The notes under the pieces are model-generated. The model saw only the letters and a program-made list of their open reading frames with translations, searched no databases and was not told the origin of the DNA. From NCBI RefSeq assembly GCF_006345805.1, contig NC_042997.1:27838001-27902000 (forward strand): a stretch of DNA of 64,000 nucleotides. Reading direction: 5' to 3'. Of the stretch, positions 51,561-64,000 are shown one piece after another. A program made the position numbers and the translations under genes. How positions within the stretch are numbered: position 1 is the first letter of the stretch; each line of letters starts with the position of its first letter. Origin of the DNA: Octopus sinensis (lineage: Eukaryota).

Positions 51561-52363
51561 CAAGTTGTTGTGGTTGTTGCTGTTGTTTTTGTAACTGTTG
51601 TTACTGTACTTATAATTATGTCTCCATAGTTTTGATCTTCTGTGAATTTAGACTATCAGAGCAGCAAGAGTACCATTGATTATAATTGAACCTCTCAGGG
51701 ATAAGAAGGTGAGAAATTCTAATTTGATTTTCGAGATATAGAAATCTCTAAGCATGGGAAATTAAATGTCTTTCTTTTCTCTCTCTTCGCATGGCTAAGC
51801 GTGATAACATAGATGATTGCTTTCTTTGCCACTTTTACCGCAAAAGTTGTTGGGTGAAAGCGTTTAAGGTAGCAATGGTAGACAGTCCACTAACATCAAA
51901 CTTATTCAAGGAAACAAATTATCAACGACACTGCTGTTAAAATAAAACAGAGATGCCCACATCGTTGAAGAATGAAATACAACCGCTACGTTATTAACAA
52001 CATTAACAACTACCTAATCATCAACACCAGCTCCACCCCACCACCATATCCACCACCACCAACAACAACAACGAGAACATCAGTAATAAAGTACTGAAGA
52101 TAAGAGCTCTTCTGATAACGAGTTTACTAACGGTGAAGTTGCTTGAAACGATAGCAATGATACTTTAATCTGAAATTTCCCAATAACGATATCAGCAAAT
52201 GTAGCAGCAGAATAGAAACAATAACAACAACAATTAGAGCAGCAGAGATAGCGTATATACAACAGTGAAACCAAGTGCGACAACAATGGTGTAAGAAAAG
52301 TTGACAGAAAGAAAAGCAGCATCAACACTGCCAGAACGACCTAAGGGTATTATTTCTCTTTTA

Positions 52364-52780
52364 AAGGCGGCGAGCTGGCAGAAACGTTAGGACACCGGGC
52401 GAAATGCTTGGCGGTATTTCGTCTGCCGTTACGTTCTGAGTTCAAATTTCGCCGAGGTCGACTTTGCCTTTCATCCTTTCGGGGTCGATAAATTAAGTAC
52501 CAGTTATCACTGGGGTCGATGTAATCGACTTAATCCGTTTGTCTGTCCTTGTTCGTCCTCTCTGTGTTTAGCCCCTTGTGGGTAGTAAAGAAATAGGTAT
52601 TTCGTCTGCCGCTACTTTCTGAGTTCAAATTCCACCGAGGTCGACTTTGCCTTTCATCCTTTCGGGGTCGATTAAATAAGTACCAGTTACGCACTGGGGT
52701 CGATATAATCGACATAATCCGTTTGTCTGTCCTTGTTTGCCCTCTCTGTGTTTAGCCCCTTGTGGGTTGTAAAGAAATAT
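52364..52780 (+). mobile_element. SINE family C head-to-tail dimer
   Basis: Junction aaatag|gtatttcg at 52596/52597; 17-bp TSD gtattatttctctttta at 52347-63 and 52781-97. Confidence 0.92.
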
Positions 52781-53399
52781 GTATTATTTCTCTTTTACTC
52801 AAGTGGGAAGGCACTGCCGAGAACATGAAATAAAACCCCCATAACTGGCGAAAGAAGGGGTGGGGAGAGTTTTCTCAACTGGAAACCCATTTCGAATGTT
52901 TACAAAACAATGTGCTTCACTACATGTACTGAAGAGCGTAAGTGGTGGTTATTAAAATTAATGTCTGTCACCCGAATAGGCTATGCCAGGATTTGAACTC
53001 AGAATGCATAAAACCGGGACAAAGACGGCTAGCTATTTGTTCCGAAGTCCTTATGGCAAGTTTAACGATTTGGATTGAGAGTTTGTTGTTTATCGACACT
53101 GAAAATAAGAAAGGCAAAGTTGACTTCCGTGTGATTTGGACAAAAGCACTAAAACTCATTGTGACACTCTGACGACATCTCTCAGTAATGTAATAATCGC
53201 GTGGAAAGTATATAACATAAAAAATTTGTCCTGTTATCGCATTAGGGAGAGAGAGTAGAGGTGGAGTTGCAGTTCATAAAACCACAATGTGCAATCCTGA
53301 CGACAACAAACTTAAAACAACAGCATCAAACTGTCGGAGCATAAATGTGTACGCTTACTGTCGTCCGAAAATGTAATGCTCATGTTGTTGGAGACAATA

Positions 53400-53612
53400 A
53401 TAATAGTTTAAAATTTTGGCTGAAGGGCAATAGTTTCGGGAGAGGTGTAGGTCGATTACATTGACTCCAGTGACCAACTGGTACCTATTTTATCGGTCCC
53501 GATGGCATGAAAGTTCAAATCGACTTCGGCAATTTTTGAATTCAGAAAGAATAGTCCGATGAGATGCTAGTAAGCTTTCTAACCTGTCTGCTAACGATTC
53601 TGCCAGCAAGTG
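53400..53612 (-). mobile_element. SINE family C-related, diverged (another at 54128-54328)
   Basis: Reverse-complement head ctaacgattctgccagc and core ggatgaaaggtaaagtcgac. Confidence 0.7.
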
Positions 53613-53615
53613 CCT

Positions 53616-53707
<92 letters not shown>

Positions 53708-53731
53708 AATAATAATAATAATAATAATAAT

Positions 53732-53923
53732 AGGAACAGTGAATAAAATTCCTGAGAAGTACATGGAACGAATAGGGGGTACAATAAGGGTGGAGCACTC
53801 GCAGAAAACAGTACTGCCTGGAACCGCTCGAATAATCCGGAAATGAGGGGCATTACCTTAGTTAGGTGCTAGTGAACTGCTGGCTCCGTAGTACCTCTCC
53901 AGCGATAGAAGCTGTGCAAAGAC
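53732..53923 (+). mobile_element. Short 3' end of a second R4/Dong-type family in (TAA)n/(CAA)n
   Basis: GTVNKIPEKYMERIG..IRVEHSQKTVLPGTARIIRK matches the RLE C-terminal ..QK..LLGTA.ILR motif; trinucleotide tracts on both sides. Confidence 0.75.
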
Positions 53924-54331
53924 AATAAACAACGACAACAACAACAATAATAATAATAATAATAATAATGATAATTTCTTGGCATCTAAGGTTACTTGCT
54001 GTTACCCAAAAGGAGAGTTCTTGACATCTACGGCTACTTGTTGTAGCCCGATGTTAGGATTCTTATCTTTTCAACATTCTAAACCGTTAAGTGTACATGA
54101 ATAAAAATGATGATAATAACAAAGAGAATAATGGTTTCAAATTTTATGACAAGAGCAGCCATTTTAGGTAAGGAGATGTGTCGATTACAACTGGCACTTA
54201 ATTTATCTTCTCGAAAGGATGAAAGGTAAAGTCGACCTATGCGGAATTTGAACTCAGAACCTAACGGCAGTCAAACTACCGCTAAGCATTTCGCTCGGCG
54301 TGCTAACGATTCTGCCAGCTCGCCACCATAT

Positions 54332-54393
<62 letters not shown>

Positions 54394-54397
54394 ATAC

Positions 54398-54429
<32 letters not shown>

Positions 54430-54916
54430 GTCAAGTTGAAGTAACAGTCAGTGGCTCTCCTGGATTCTGATAGTTAGCTGACTGGAAGTGTTATCATGTA
54501 CACTGTTTGTCTTGGCATAAAAGATGGGCTACAGCAAATATTCTGCTCAATACCACAGATTTGCTTGTCTGTTGTTTCACCTTAACCACTTGAGCATGTG
54601 CCTCTCTGATTACAAGCAAGGATAGTGGGGAATCACCATAACCATGTGTTGAGAGGAATTGTTTGTGGTTTGGATAATTCACCTTTGGAAACATGGGTGT
54701 TTTGTTCAACATCCTTAAACGACCCAAATTAAGCGACCTTTGAGCGGGATCAACAACTGGACCTTAAGAATATTCTAATTGGGCCCCACCTGCAATGTCA
54801 TGCGCTATTTATCTTGATATGAGCTCACTATGTCGCCCACGTATGGTTGTGATGCATGTGCCTGGTGTACATTTTACCCCAGTGTCACTTTGATGGCATG
54901 CACTGCTCTCTCACTC
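54430..54916. mobile_element. Family D copy, opposite orientation
   Basis: Reverse complement of 36363-36915 with deletions; (TAA)n on both sides. Confidence 0.85.
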
Positions 54917-55336
54917 AATAACGATATTAATGATAATACTAATAACAACAACAACAACAACAACAACAATAATAATAATAATAATAATAATAGTAATAAT
55001 AAGTCTGGAAATTTGGTGAAGTGGTTAATCGATTAAGTCTTTAACACATGGCTGGTAATTTATATTGATCTCGGTGGTAACTATATTCAGAGAGTCCAAG
55101 CTAAAACTGCAGTGAATTTTGTCAGATACCCTAAAGAGTCAATTCACGTAACTTTTTTCTAAAATAGACTGAAATCGATAAGTCTGAAAAGGTTTTTAGC
55201 GTGAAAACTCGAGCTGAATCCTTACTTTTGATTATATTTTATTGACTTAGATCGAAGCTTGTGCGATCTAGCAATGAAGTTGTGATATCATACTCAAAAC
55301 CAAAAGTATTTTTAGACAACGCTATTAGATGGGAAT

Positions 55337-55498
55337 ATGTTTAAGTACATTATTTACATTATTTACATTCGACGAACATTTTCTGTTAACACTGTGTTCG
55401 GCTGTGTTAACAACAAACAAGATGAGGACAAATATCCGTCGAATTTAAATAATGTAAATAATGTACATAATTTCTCATCTCTTCAATATAGAACTGTA
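55337..55498. mobile_element. Family E tails in inverted arrangement
   Basis: Minus-strand tail piece to 55404, joined to a plus-strand tail starting gtgttaacaac at 55404. Confidence 0.65.
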
Positions 55499-55878
55499 TT
55501 ATGTTTAAGTAGTCAAGAAATTTTGTTACCAATTTTTTCGGAATTTTTTCGAATTTTATATACAAATGTTTGTGTTTTAATCTAGGACAACATTATTCTA
55601 TTACTTTTAATTCTATTAAATGTCCAATAAATTATAATTCTTTAACGATAATTAGAAATATAAGGAAATAGAAAATGGGAATCTATTCGTAAAAAAAAAA
55701 AAAGAGAAGCGAATCGTTTGCTTTATAGGACCAATTTCCGGAATATCATGAGCTCTGGCAAACTCAAAAGCGCTAATAGCTAGAAATTCACAAATATTTT
55801 ACGAGAAAATATATTTGTGTATATATATTTACGACTTATTTTTTCTTTTACTAATATAACAATTAATACACATATATT

Positions 55879-55914
55879 GGCGCAGGAATGGCTGCGTGGC
55901 AAGTAGCTTGCTTA
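55879..55914 (+). mobile_element. SINE family B head, split by LINE insertion (remainder at 61402-61770)
   Basis: ggcgcaggaatggctgcgtggcaagtagcttgctta continues as caaaccacatggg after 61415. Confidence 0.9.
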
Positions 55915-56116
55915 TCTTCCACTTCCGGGTTGTAGAGTACTTTCAATCGTGTGTTTGCTTCGCTACAAGACGCTTCCCGGTGCCGGGAAGGTAACGATGT
56001 TTTTTGTTAAAAATACTTTTTCCTTGTTTTAAAAATTGAACTTTAATAAGCCGTAGTAGCTTTATTGTTGCACCCTGCCCCCACGTAGGATCGAGATTTT
56101 AACTATATTCTCGTTC

Positions 56117-56672
56117 AGAGGAAAATTTATTGTAAATTCCTGCTGAGAAACAATATCGTATTTTTAAACATTCTTGCTTCGTTTGTTGCTCTGTGCTGGC
56201 TCGTTTGTTGCGCCACGCCCCCATGGGGGGTAGGCTTTGAACCGGAGACCTCATTTAGAGGAAGATTTATTGTTAAATTCCTGCTGAGAAAAACATATCG
56301 TATTTTTAAACATTCTTTTTTTTTCTGTTGCTGGCTCGTTTGTTGCGCCACGCCCCCATGGGGGTAGGCTTTGAACCGGAGACCTCATTTAGAGGAAAAT
56401 TTATTGTAAATTCCTGCTGAGAAACAATATCGTATTTTTAAACATTCTTTTTTTTTCTGTTGCTGGCTCGTTTGTTGCGCCACGCCCCCATGGGGGTAGG
56501 CTTTGAACCGGAGACCTCATTTAGAGGAAAATTTATTGTAAATTCCTGCTGAGAAACAATATCGTATTTTTAAACATTCTTTTTTTTTTCTGTTGCTGGC
56601 TCGTTTGTTGCGCCACGCCCCCATGGGGGTAGGCTTTGAACCGGAGACCTCATTTAGAGGAAGATTTATTGT
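56117..56672 (+). repeat. Four tandem ~133-bp 5'UTR monomers plus a partial fifth
   Basis: Units start at 56117, 56257, 56391, 56523 and 56656 (agagga...gagacctcattt). Confidence 0.95.
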
Positions 56673-56728
56673 GGAACTCTACTTTCTGTGGAAGCAATAT
56701 CCTTTTGTGAAATTAATTTCGGCCGAGT

Positions 56729-58070
56729 ATGTCAGTCGAAATTATTAAAAACAGATGTACTCTCTTGGAGAGTGGAGTAGATGTTGGCGGCAGTGCCAAC
56801 GCTACCAAGAAATTTTCAGCCGTCGCTGCGGTGGCTACGTAATCTATCGAAATTCCAATTGAAATATTGGACGAATACTTTAGAAGAATGAAGGAGGATG
56901 ATATGGTTATTAAGATATCTCCCGCCCCCAACGCCATAAAAGCCAAACGCAAAACAGTTATTTTTAAATCTTACTGTCTGGAAATAAAAGATTTAAACAT
57001 TTTGAGAAAGGCAAAATAGAAAAGTTCCTCGCCCCAGTTTTGAAGGACATTGACTATATCGCCAGGGACAAGGTGTAGGCCACAACTGAAGTAAGATTCA
57101 GGGCAACAGATATGATCCACGGGTACTCGGTGAGCCCCTTGCAAACAAAGGATGTGGTACTCAAGCCAACCTATAAGGGGAGGCGAACTTCCCGTGTAAA
57201 GGTGACAGAAGTGGTGCCACCTGAAGTCGAATCTAGGGAGGTGATGGCTGCCCTATTGTTCAACAGAAAAGAAAAATTAAATTTTTACAAATGACATGAT
57301 CTGCCCACCAGAACTGGTTGGGACAGAGCATTTCAGCCATAATCTAAGGGGCCCAGAAGACATTGAAATGCTTCCGGATCGGGTGCTTATTGGTGAAAAT
57401 GTGGCCCTTTGAATACAGGTGGAGTGAAAAACCCACCTGTTATGAATGTGGAAAGAAGGGTCACATTCGGCTCCGTTGTGATGAGAGAAAGAAGAAAGAG
57501 GAGGAGAAATTAAAGAATGATAACATTTTACTGATACCAGGCCCTACAATTGTGAAAAATAACCCCAGGCCTACACACATACCAGCCCCTACAAAGACAA
57601 GCCTTCCCAGTCCCCAAAACACGCAAACAAAACGACCCAACCCCCAACCTCTGCAATAAAAAAATCCCCCACCCCCTTGATATCTGAGGTATCCAGTTGA
57701 AAGAAAAACACTACTGCCCCACAAGACACCATGGAGGTGTCTGAGGGGGAGTACACATTAGTTCGGAAATGGGTTCATGTGCCATTCCCACCCAATCCCT
57801 ACACAAAAATAACACAACACCACATGTTACAAAAAACCCCGCCCCATCGCCCAAGAAAAAAAAGAAGACACTAAAGTCTTAATTGAATATGACACTAAAG
57901 ATATTTATATGGACGAGATTTTCGTCAGCCATCGTCTAACAAAACTTTTTCCGAAACATAGGGACTTAAAAGAAAAATGTGCCTGTATAGGGGGAAACCC
58001 TATACAGACAGTTAAAGGAAAGGCATCCTAAAACATCAAGAGGCTTGTGGCCCTGCCCGGGTACTTGAAG
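56729..58070 (+). pseudogene. LINE ORF1 (gag-like, CCHC zinc knuckle), disrupted
   Basis: CYECGKKGHIRLRC at 57438-57479; basic and Pro-rich tail; frameshifts; the 3' limit is approximate. Confidence 0.8.
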
Positions 58071-58170
58071 ATGAAGGAGAAGGAAGGCACTGCCTTACAC
58101 GTGATAAGGTCGGCCCCAACATCACCAGTCAAGGATAAGTAAAGCCCTTGCTTTCTTCCCCACTGTATTC

Positions 58171-61100
58171 ATGGCTTCGCTTAACCTTGGATATTTGCAT
58201 GTGCGTCGTCTGAGCTCGAAGTGGAAGCAAGCCTGTTTCCTCGACGAACTCACAGCACATGATATGCATGTGATGATTGCTACGGAGACCAAGCTGGATA
58301 GTCTACAAACCTTCTCACCTTTCCTGAATGTCTATGAGAAAATCATGCCTCCTACCCAGACCGGAAGTCATGGGTGCGTAGTAGTGCTTGTCCTTAAAGG
58401 CTTGGCTCTGAAGACAAGTACAGTCTACGTGGACCCTGAAGGTGGGCTGATCGTCCTTGATTTGACATACAGCGGTAAGACTTTCAGATTGATCGGGATC
58501 TATGCACCCTGTGCTAGAAGATCACAAACTGATTTTTGTCGGCGCTTAGAGAACTTTCTCATGACGTCGAAGATATTAGTGGTGTTAGAATACTATAGTG
58601 CTGTTGTTGACGCTCATATCGATAGCGTTGGCTCGACCGATAGGAAAGTAAACACGCGTCTTGTAGATCTGCTGAAGAAATTTCAGATCGTTTCAGAATG
58701 GACCATCCGAACCTTCCAGACTGGATCAGGATGAATGGCGACGGGAGGTTCAAATCTTACTTAGACAGGATAGGGATAAGAGCTAGATATAAGGCTAGGT
58801 TTAGTTGTCCACAGCTTGTTCAGGTGTCCTACACTGACCATAGAATCATCAAGTGTAGGCTGAACATAGTCTAATTTGACTAGCGAGGTATAACGTAGCC
58901 GGACTAAGGAACTAGTACAGAGGGAGTTAACCGGTTCCATGGTTAATAACCAGTGGTGGTTCGCTCTCAAGGGAGCCACTCGTTTTGTATCTGTAAGATT
59001 TAGCCGTCAGCTAAGACTAGTTAAGGCAAGAATAGAATAGAAGGGCAACTAGTTAAGGGCTTAGAAAAGGCGTTGAGGTTTGGCTCTGCATCCCACATTT
59101 TGGCAACGAGAACAGCCTTGAACCGTCACCTCAAAGCCAAACATGAGGTCTGTAATATTGCCGGATGGGTAGAAACCAAGCGTAGAAAATGATGCCACAA
59201 TCATGTCTCTGATTGAAGACAACGGGAGGTCCGTCGACGGATGGCACTTTACAGGCACTTTGCCGAGTTGTTCGGGAGAAGCGGGATCATAGCGAGGCCC
59301 TTAGGGACTTACACTATGCTGGCCTGCGAGAGACTGAGTGCTGTAAAAGTCCAATCACAGCCGAGGAGGTGATCGAGGTGCTAGGCGAATGCCCCGAGAA
59401 GTCGCCGGGTCTCGATGGCCTTCCCTATGAATTTTGGCCAGGGTGTTAACAAAAATGTTGGCGCGGGTCGTGGACGGACTTGTGGGGAGGGCGCAAATTT
59501 GCGCAATCTCGGGCAGGTAATCCACGACAACCTCCATCTTGAACGCTACACCATAGAGAGGGTAGGGAAACTTTCTGGTGCAGCAGGAGCACCGGTACAT
59601 TTAAACCAGTCTAAAGCGTTTGATAGGGTCGACCATCGGTACTTGGCAGCGGTCCTCGGGAACGCTGGCCTGGGCCCAACCTTCCGCAGTTGGATTACTG
59701 CTTTGTACAGCGACACCGAGTTTGTCGTTAAAGTGAATAGCTTCTTTTCGAAACCATTCAGGATCGAAGTTCAGTGCATCAAGGGTGTTCCCTGTCCCCG
59801 CGTTTGTATTTATTGGCTCTTGAGCCATTGTTGCGGAAGCTGGAGGCTCTAGGAGGTGAGCCGCATGATCTATGGTGTGAACGAGGAGCTACAACGTATC
59901 TGGATGACATCTCCATCATCGTAGCGGATGCGTGTGAGCTTCCAGGGATGGAAGAGGTCATCAAAAACTAGGAGGCAGTGGCAAGAGGAATTATTAACAA
60001 GGACAAGTCGGTCGGTTTTCAACACAGCACCTGGAGGGGCAAACCGATGACGTCTAACAACGTCGTGGGGCGTTGTACTGAAAGTGCTGTTAAGCTGTTC
60101 GGAGTCTGCTTTGGTCCGGACCTTCAGATAGAGAAGAAATAGAGTGAGGTGACCAGCAAGGCGACTACTCTGGCAAAGACCTGTTGTGGGCGGGCGTTAT
60201 CCTTGCTAAGGAGGGCAGAGGTTGTGCAGATGTTTATAGCATCAGTTATCACCTACAGCCTGATTGTGGTGCCTTTGTGGTTGAACAAATTGGAGAGAAT
60301 CCTTTTCCGCTTTTTGTGGAAGAGAGAGAAGCCACTTGTGAAGCGCTCTGTCTGCTGCCAGAGACCGATAAAGGGTGGGTTAGGGATGCCTTGGGTCAAA
60401 ATGCGAAAATTCGCGTTAAGGTTGAGGCACCTCTGGCTTTACCTGGATGGAGAGCAGGTGTGGTCATCACACGTTCGTTTCTACCTCCCGCAAGAAGAGA
60501 CCTACACTGGGGGACTGGCAATTGGAGTGCCAACAGGCACTTCAGCTACTGTCTCAGACGGGCAATGCCAGCAACAAGAGTTCCACTGCGGATTTAAATA
60601 GCGGGATAGTGGGATCGTGTCCGAAGACGCCTCGGGAGAGAACCTGGGCTACGATGAAAGTCAGATGATCAATCTTCTCAGAAGAACGTTCGGGCCGGGG
60701 TATCTGGATAATTACCAGAAATCCCTGGCTTGGCAGTGCTTCCATGTGGCGTTACCAGTTCGTGATAAACTGTCAAAGCACGGATGTGCCGTCTCATGGA
60801 CATGTTCAAGGTGCTAGCAGGATAGGAAAACCGTCTTGCACGCATTCGTGGAATGTCCGGAATTATCGGGACTGCTATTTTTTACAGAATAACTATTGTC
60901 ATCGATAGGAAGAGTGCAGCTCTCATCTGAGTCCATTATCGAGATTGTGCTGCCCCCTTCCCTTAGCAGGGAGAGGAAGACCTGTTTTTTCTTCGTAGTG
61001 GCCATATTGAAAGAAACAGTATGGAAGACGCGATTGAAAGTGATTGTGACGGGTACCTTTGTATCTGGCCAGCGGTTAATCAACTTTTTTAGTTATCCCC

Positions 61101-61204
61101 TTAGTAGTAAGATCAGGCTGGAGAAGATGTACATGTCACGTGAGAGATTCCGGAAAAGATGGAAGCTTGTGGAGAGAAAGCTGAAAGTGACTGGCACCAA
61201 GTAA
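58171..61204 (+). pseudogene. LINE ORF2 (APE endonuclease + RT + C-terminal Cys motif), disrupted
   Basis: ATETKL, IGIYAP, TDHRII; KSPGLDGLPYEF, SKAFDRVDHRYL, QGCSLSPRLYLLALEPLL, YLDDISI; WTCSRC...LHAF; internal deletion after GLPYEF. Confidence 0.92.
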
Positions 61205-61415
61205 GCGGAGTCACAGAAAGAAAGCAAAGTTTCTACTCTAGTGTAGGATTCCTATCCTTCGTGTTTAACATTGCTTTTAGCATTGTATTCACTTTAAATT
61301 TCATTTGTATGATAACCATTGTTAATTTTTAATCATATAAGCTACTTCATCCTTTTGTCCATCACTTCTATGTATTGCCTTATGGCAAATATTATGAAAT
61401 AAAGTAGCTTGCTTA

Positions 61416-61770
61416 CAAACCACATGGGTCCAGATTCAGTACTACTTGGTGGCACGTTCGGCAAGTCTCGGGCCGATCAAGGCCTTGTGAGTGGATTTCG
61501 TAGACGAAAGAAGCCCATCGTATATATATATATATATATACGTGTGTTCGTGTGCATGCGTGTTCGTTTGTTCCACCCAACATCGCTTGAAAGCCGATGC
61601 CGGTGCGTTTACGTTCCGTGATATAGCGGTTCAGCAAACCAGAAACGAGTCCCATAGAATAAGTACCGGGCTTACAAAGAATAAGTCCTTGGATCGATTT
61701 GCTCGACTAAAGGCGGTGCTCCTGCATGGCCACAGTCAGCTGATTGAAACAAGTAAAATAATAAAAGAAT
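61416..61770 (+). mobile_element. SINE family B, 3' remainder
   Basis: Continues the head at 55879-55914. Confidence 0.9.
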
Positions 61771-62988
61771 ATGTAACGAAAGAAGAAAAAAACTGTTCAA
61801 AGTTCACGATCAAAGCCAATTTCATGCTCAGAGAAATGATAAGTGTGAACTGTGACGTTTCGTATGGTAGTGTCGAGATGAAAAAAAAGAGAAAGGCAAA
61901 AGGAGAAATGAGTAAACGGAACAAGCGGGGCAATGTAAACGAAACTGTCCATGCAAAGCTTGTCCAAACACACACACACACACAAACACTAACACACACA
62001 CAAACACACATATACCTATTCATGCTCACGCACACACACACATATAGACACAAACACATATGCATGTGTGTGTGTATGTTGTAGCTTGCATTAGATTTTT
62101 TTTTTTCTTAATACACCGAGAATTTTTTTTTGTTTGTAAATTACAGTTTTATTTTTTCTTCTTTGAATTTCAGTTTATTTATATACCGGTTTTAGCTCTG
62201 AATATTTTGTTTCTTAGGTTATCTCTAGTTATTCTTTACTTTTCATCACTGAATTGACATTCATCTTTGGAATTCTAGTTCAGCTCGTCTCACATGTTTG
62301 CCACCCCACGCATAAACATACTGATAAACAATAATCCTTTTCACTATTCATATCTTACAACACACACATATCCTCTTTTGCAAACTTCCCTACATCTTCA
62401 CTCCTACTATACCATGCTCAATACGAATATACTCATCTCATTTACTGTTTATATTTCATTTTGTTTGTTGTTTGTTTTGTTTGTTTGTTTGTTTGTTTTT
62501 TCTTTACTTCCCGTTTTGAATATATCGAAGTCTTATTACTGTATTTTAAGGGATACTGAGATTGATCGTATTGTATAACATCAGCCTCAACATTTTCTAC
62601 ATGAGTACAAAGTTTGGTCGGTGTCACCTTCGATGTTCTTCAGCGCTGGAGGCAGCCAAACATACGTTGAAGCACACGCTAACGGATAATCAGATACGCA
62701 CGCGAACGCATTTGGGCATGCCGAAGCAAAACTGTTTTTGCGTATATGAATACGTGATGTTTATGTCCATAACATTTATTTTACATGTTTATAATGCATG
62801 TAAACACAAACACAGACACGGACACACGCATACACACACGTGTATTTGGGTGAAACTGTGTAGTTGGTTCGAATCAATTTGAGCTTTGAATGCATAATAA
62901 AACAACTTATTTCTTAGTATATAATTTTTAAAGTTCCTTGTGGTTTGAACATGTCTTGTTCCCCTATCTAGAAAGTCCTCTGCATTTC

Positions 62989-63019
<31 letters not shown>

Positions 63020-63026
<7 letters not shown>

Positions 63027-63230
63027 GAATCCTAAAAACGGAACAAGAAAGCAATAGACGACAATAAAACACCCGGACAGATAAACTATAAAAAGAAGGA
63101 CAGGAAAACACAAAGACGGATCATTCGCGGCAATCTCTCATCAGTCAAGTTTGCAGAATCTCATTACAGTTTCGGTCAATTACACTTGAGACTCTTCAAT
63201 TCTGGCTGATTCCAGAAATCTATGCTAAGG
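63020..63230. repeat. Family J short repeat; partial second copy at ~63790-63885
   Basis: Shared gga(a)caggtcattcg..gcaatctctcat segment. Confidence 0.5.
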
Positions 63231-64000
63231 GCATCAAATTTTTTTTGAGAAAGCATGCGAATGTGTACTGCAACAAAGACAAAAAAACAGAGAAAATGTT
63301 ACATAATTACAAATACAAACAAGAAAGTAACAACCGGTGTCTTTTGACCAACAAAGACGAATTAAGTTGAGCTGGTGTGTGTAGAGTGAAAGCCGTGAGG
63401 CAGAAACAAGAGATGAACATAAGAGATGCAAGTCATGAGACAGCAATATAAGATGCTTCGAGGCCGGCAGTCGAGCCAGGAAAGAAAGATCATGCTTGGC
63501 CGAGTACCGGTCACGTGGAACGAAAGGAGGGTGGTACGGGACTGAAGGACAGAAGAATTAGGGAAAGAACAAGAAAGAGAGGAAATCAAGGGACATAGAG
63601 AAAGGTACAAGGGGGATAAACGAGGAGGGTAAGTAGGGAGATTAAAGAAAGGGAAGGTCAAGAAATGCGAGAGAGGTGAGTGAGAAAAAAGAAAAGAGGA
63701 AAGAAAAAAGAAAGTATGAGAGGATTCTATAGTGAAAGAGTCGTATAGAATTTAGATACCTACAAGTTGAGCGAAAGTATACGACGGCGCCATGTGTATA
63801 TATAAATCCAAACAATCCGGCCAGACAGACGATAAAAAGTCGGAGAAGGACAGGTCATTCGAAGCAATCTCTCATAATTCATTTTCTCTCCTCATTAAAT
63901 GATTCCTACCTAGTATACTATAATTTCTACAAGCAGACACGCAGGTGGTTGTTTGACATTTATTTCCGAAACATTATCGTCTGACTGAGCTGATGGAGAC

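Larger units (their letters stand above)
55915..61401 (+). mobile_element. Full-length decayed Tx1/L1-clade non-LTR retrotransposon (5487 bp)
   Basis: 14-bp TSD aagtagcttgctta (55901-14, 61402-15); 5'UTR monomers; ORF1 with CCHC; ORF2 APE-RT; AATAAA at the 3' end. Confidence 0.92.

Noticed and set aside
56117-56672. CRISPR-like array
   Set aside because: Eukaryotic context; whole units repeat with no unique spacers; no cas genes
63138-63144. Minus-strand CTGATGA in family J as a hammerhead
   Set aside because: Followed by GAAT rather than GAAA in both copies, with poor stem II

Overview
AT-rich, microsatellite-dense eukaryotic DNA. The tRNA-derived SINE families resemble those I recall from Octopus, but this taxon is inferred, not verified. 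The window is mostly a nested transposon landscape and I cannot recognise a host protein-coding gene with confidence. Well-supported elements: (1) a full-length, decayed Tx1/L1-clade LINE (55915-61401) inserted into a SINE head, with a 14-bp TSD and four ~133-bp 5'UTR monomers; (2) an internally deleted mariner (20066-20884); (3) a decayed Penelope-like RT plus GIY-YIG element (~47700-50050); (4) several R4/Dong-type RLE retrotransposon fragments, most embedded in (TAA)n, plus a non-coding ~550-bp element with the same flanks; (5) two 394-bp non-autonomous Helitrons; (6) many SINEs, including a dimeric subfamily. The most interesting signal is a set of type I hammerhead-ribozyme (HHR) motifs from about five unrelated short repeat families. 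One has a fully intact core (16337-16422). Several sit in fold-back or inverted structures, and at two loci the inversion junction falls at the predicted self-cleavage site. One family joins a tRNA-like Pol III head to the ribozyme-bearing tail, suggesting Penelope-dependent, ribozyme-processed non-autonomous retroelements. Most ORFs in the supplied track are microsatellite artefacts. Family letters A-J are my own labels.
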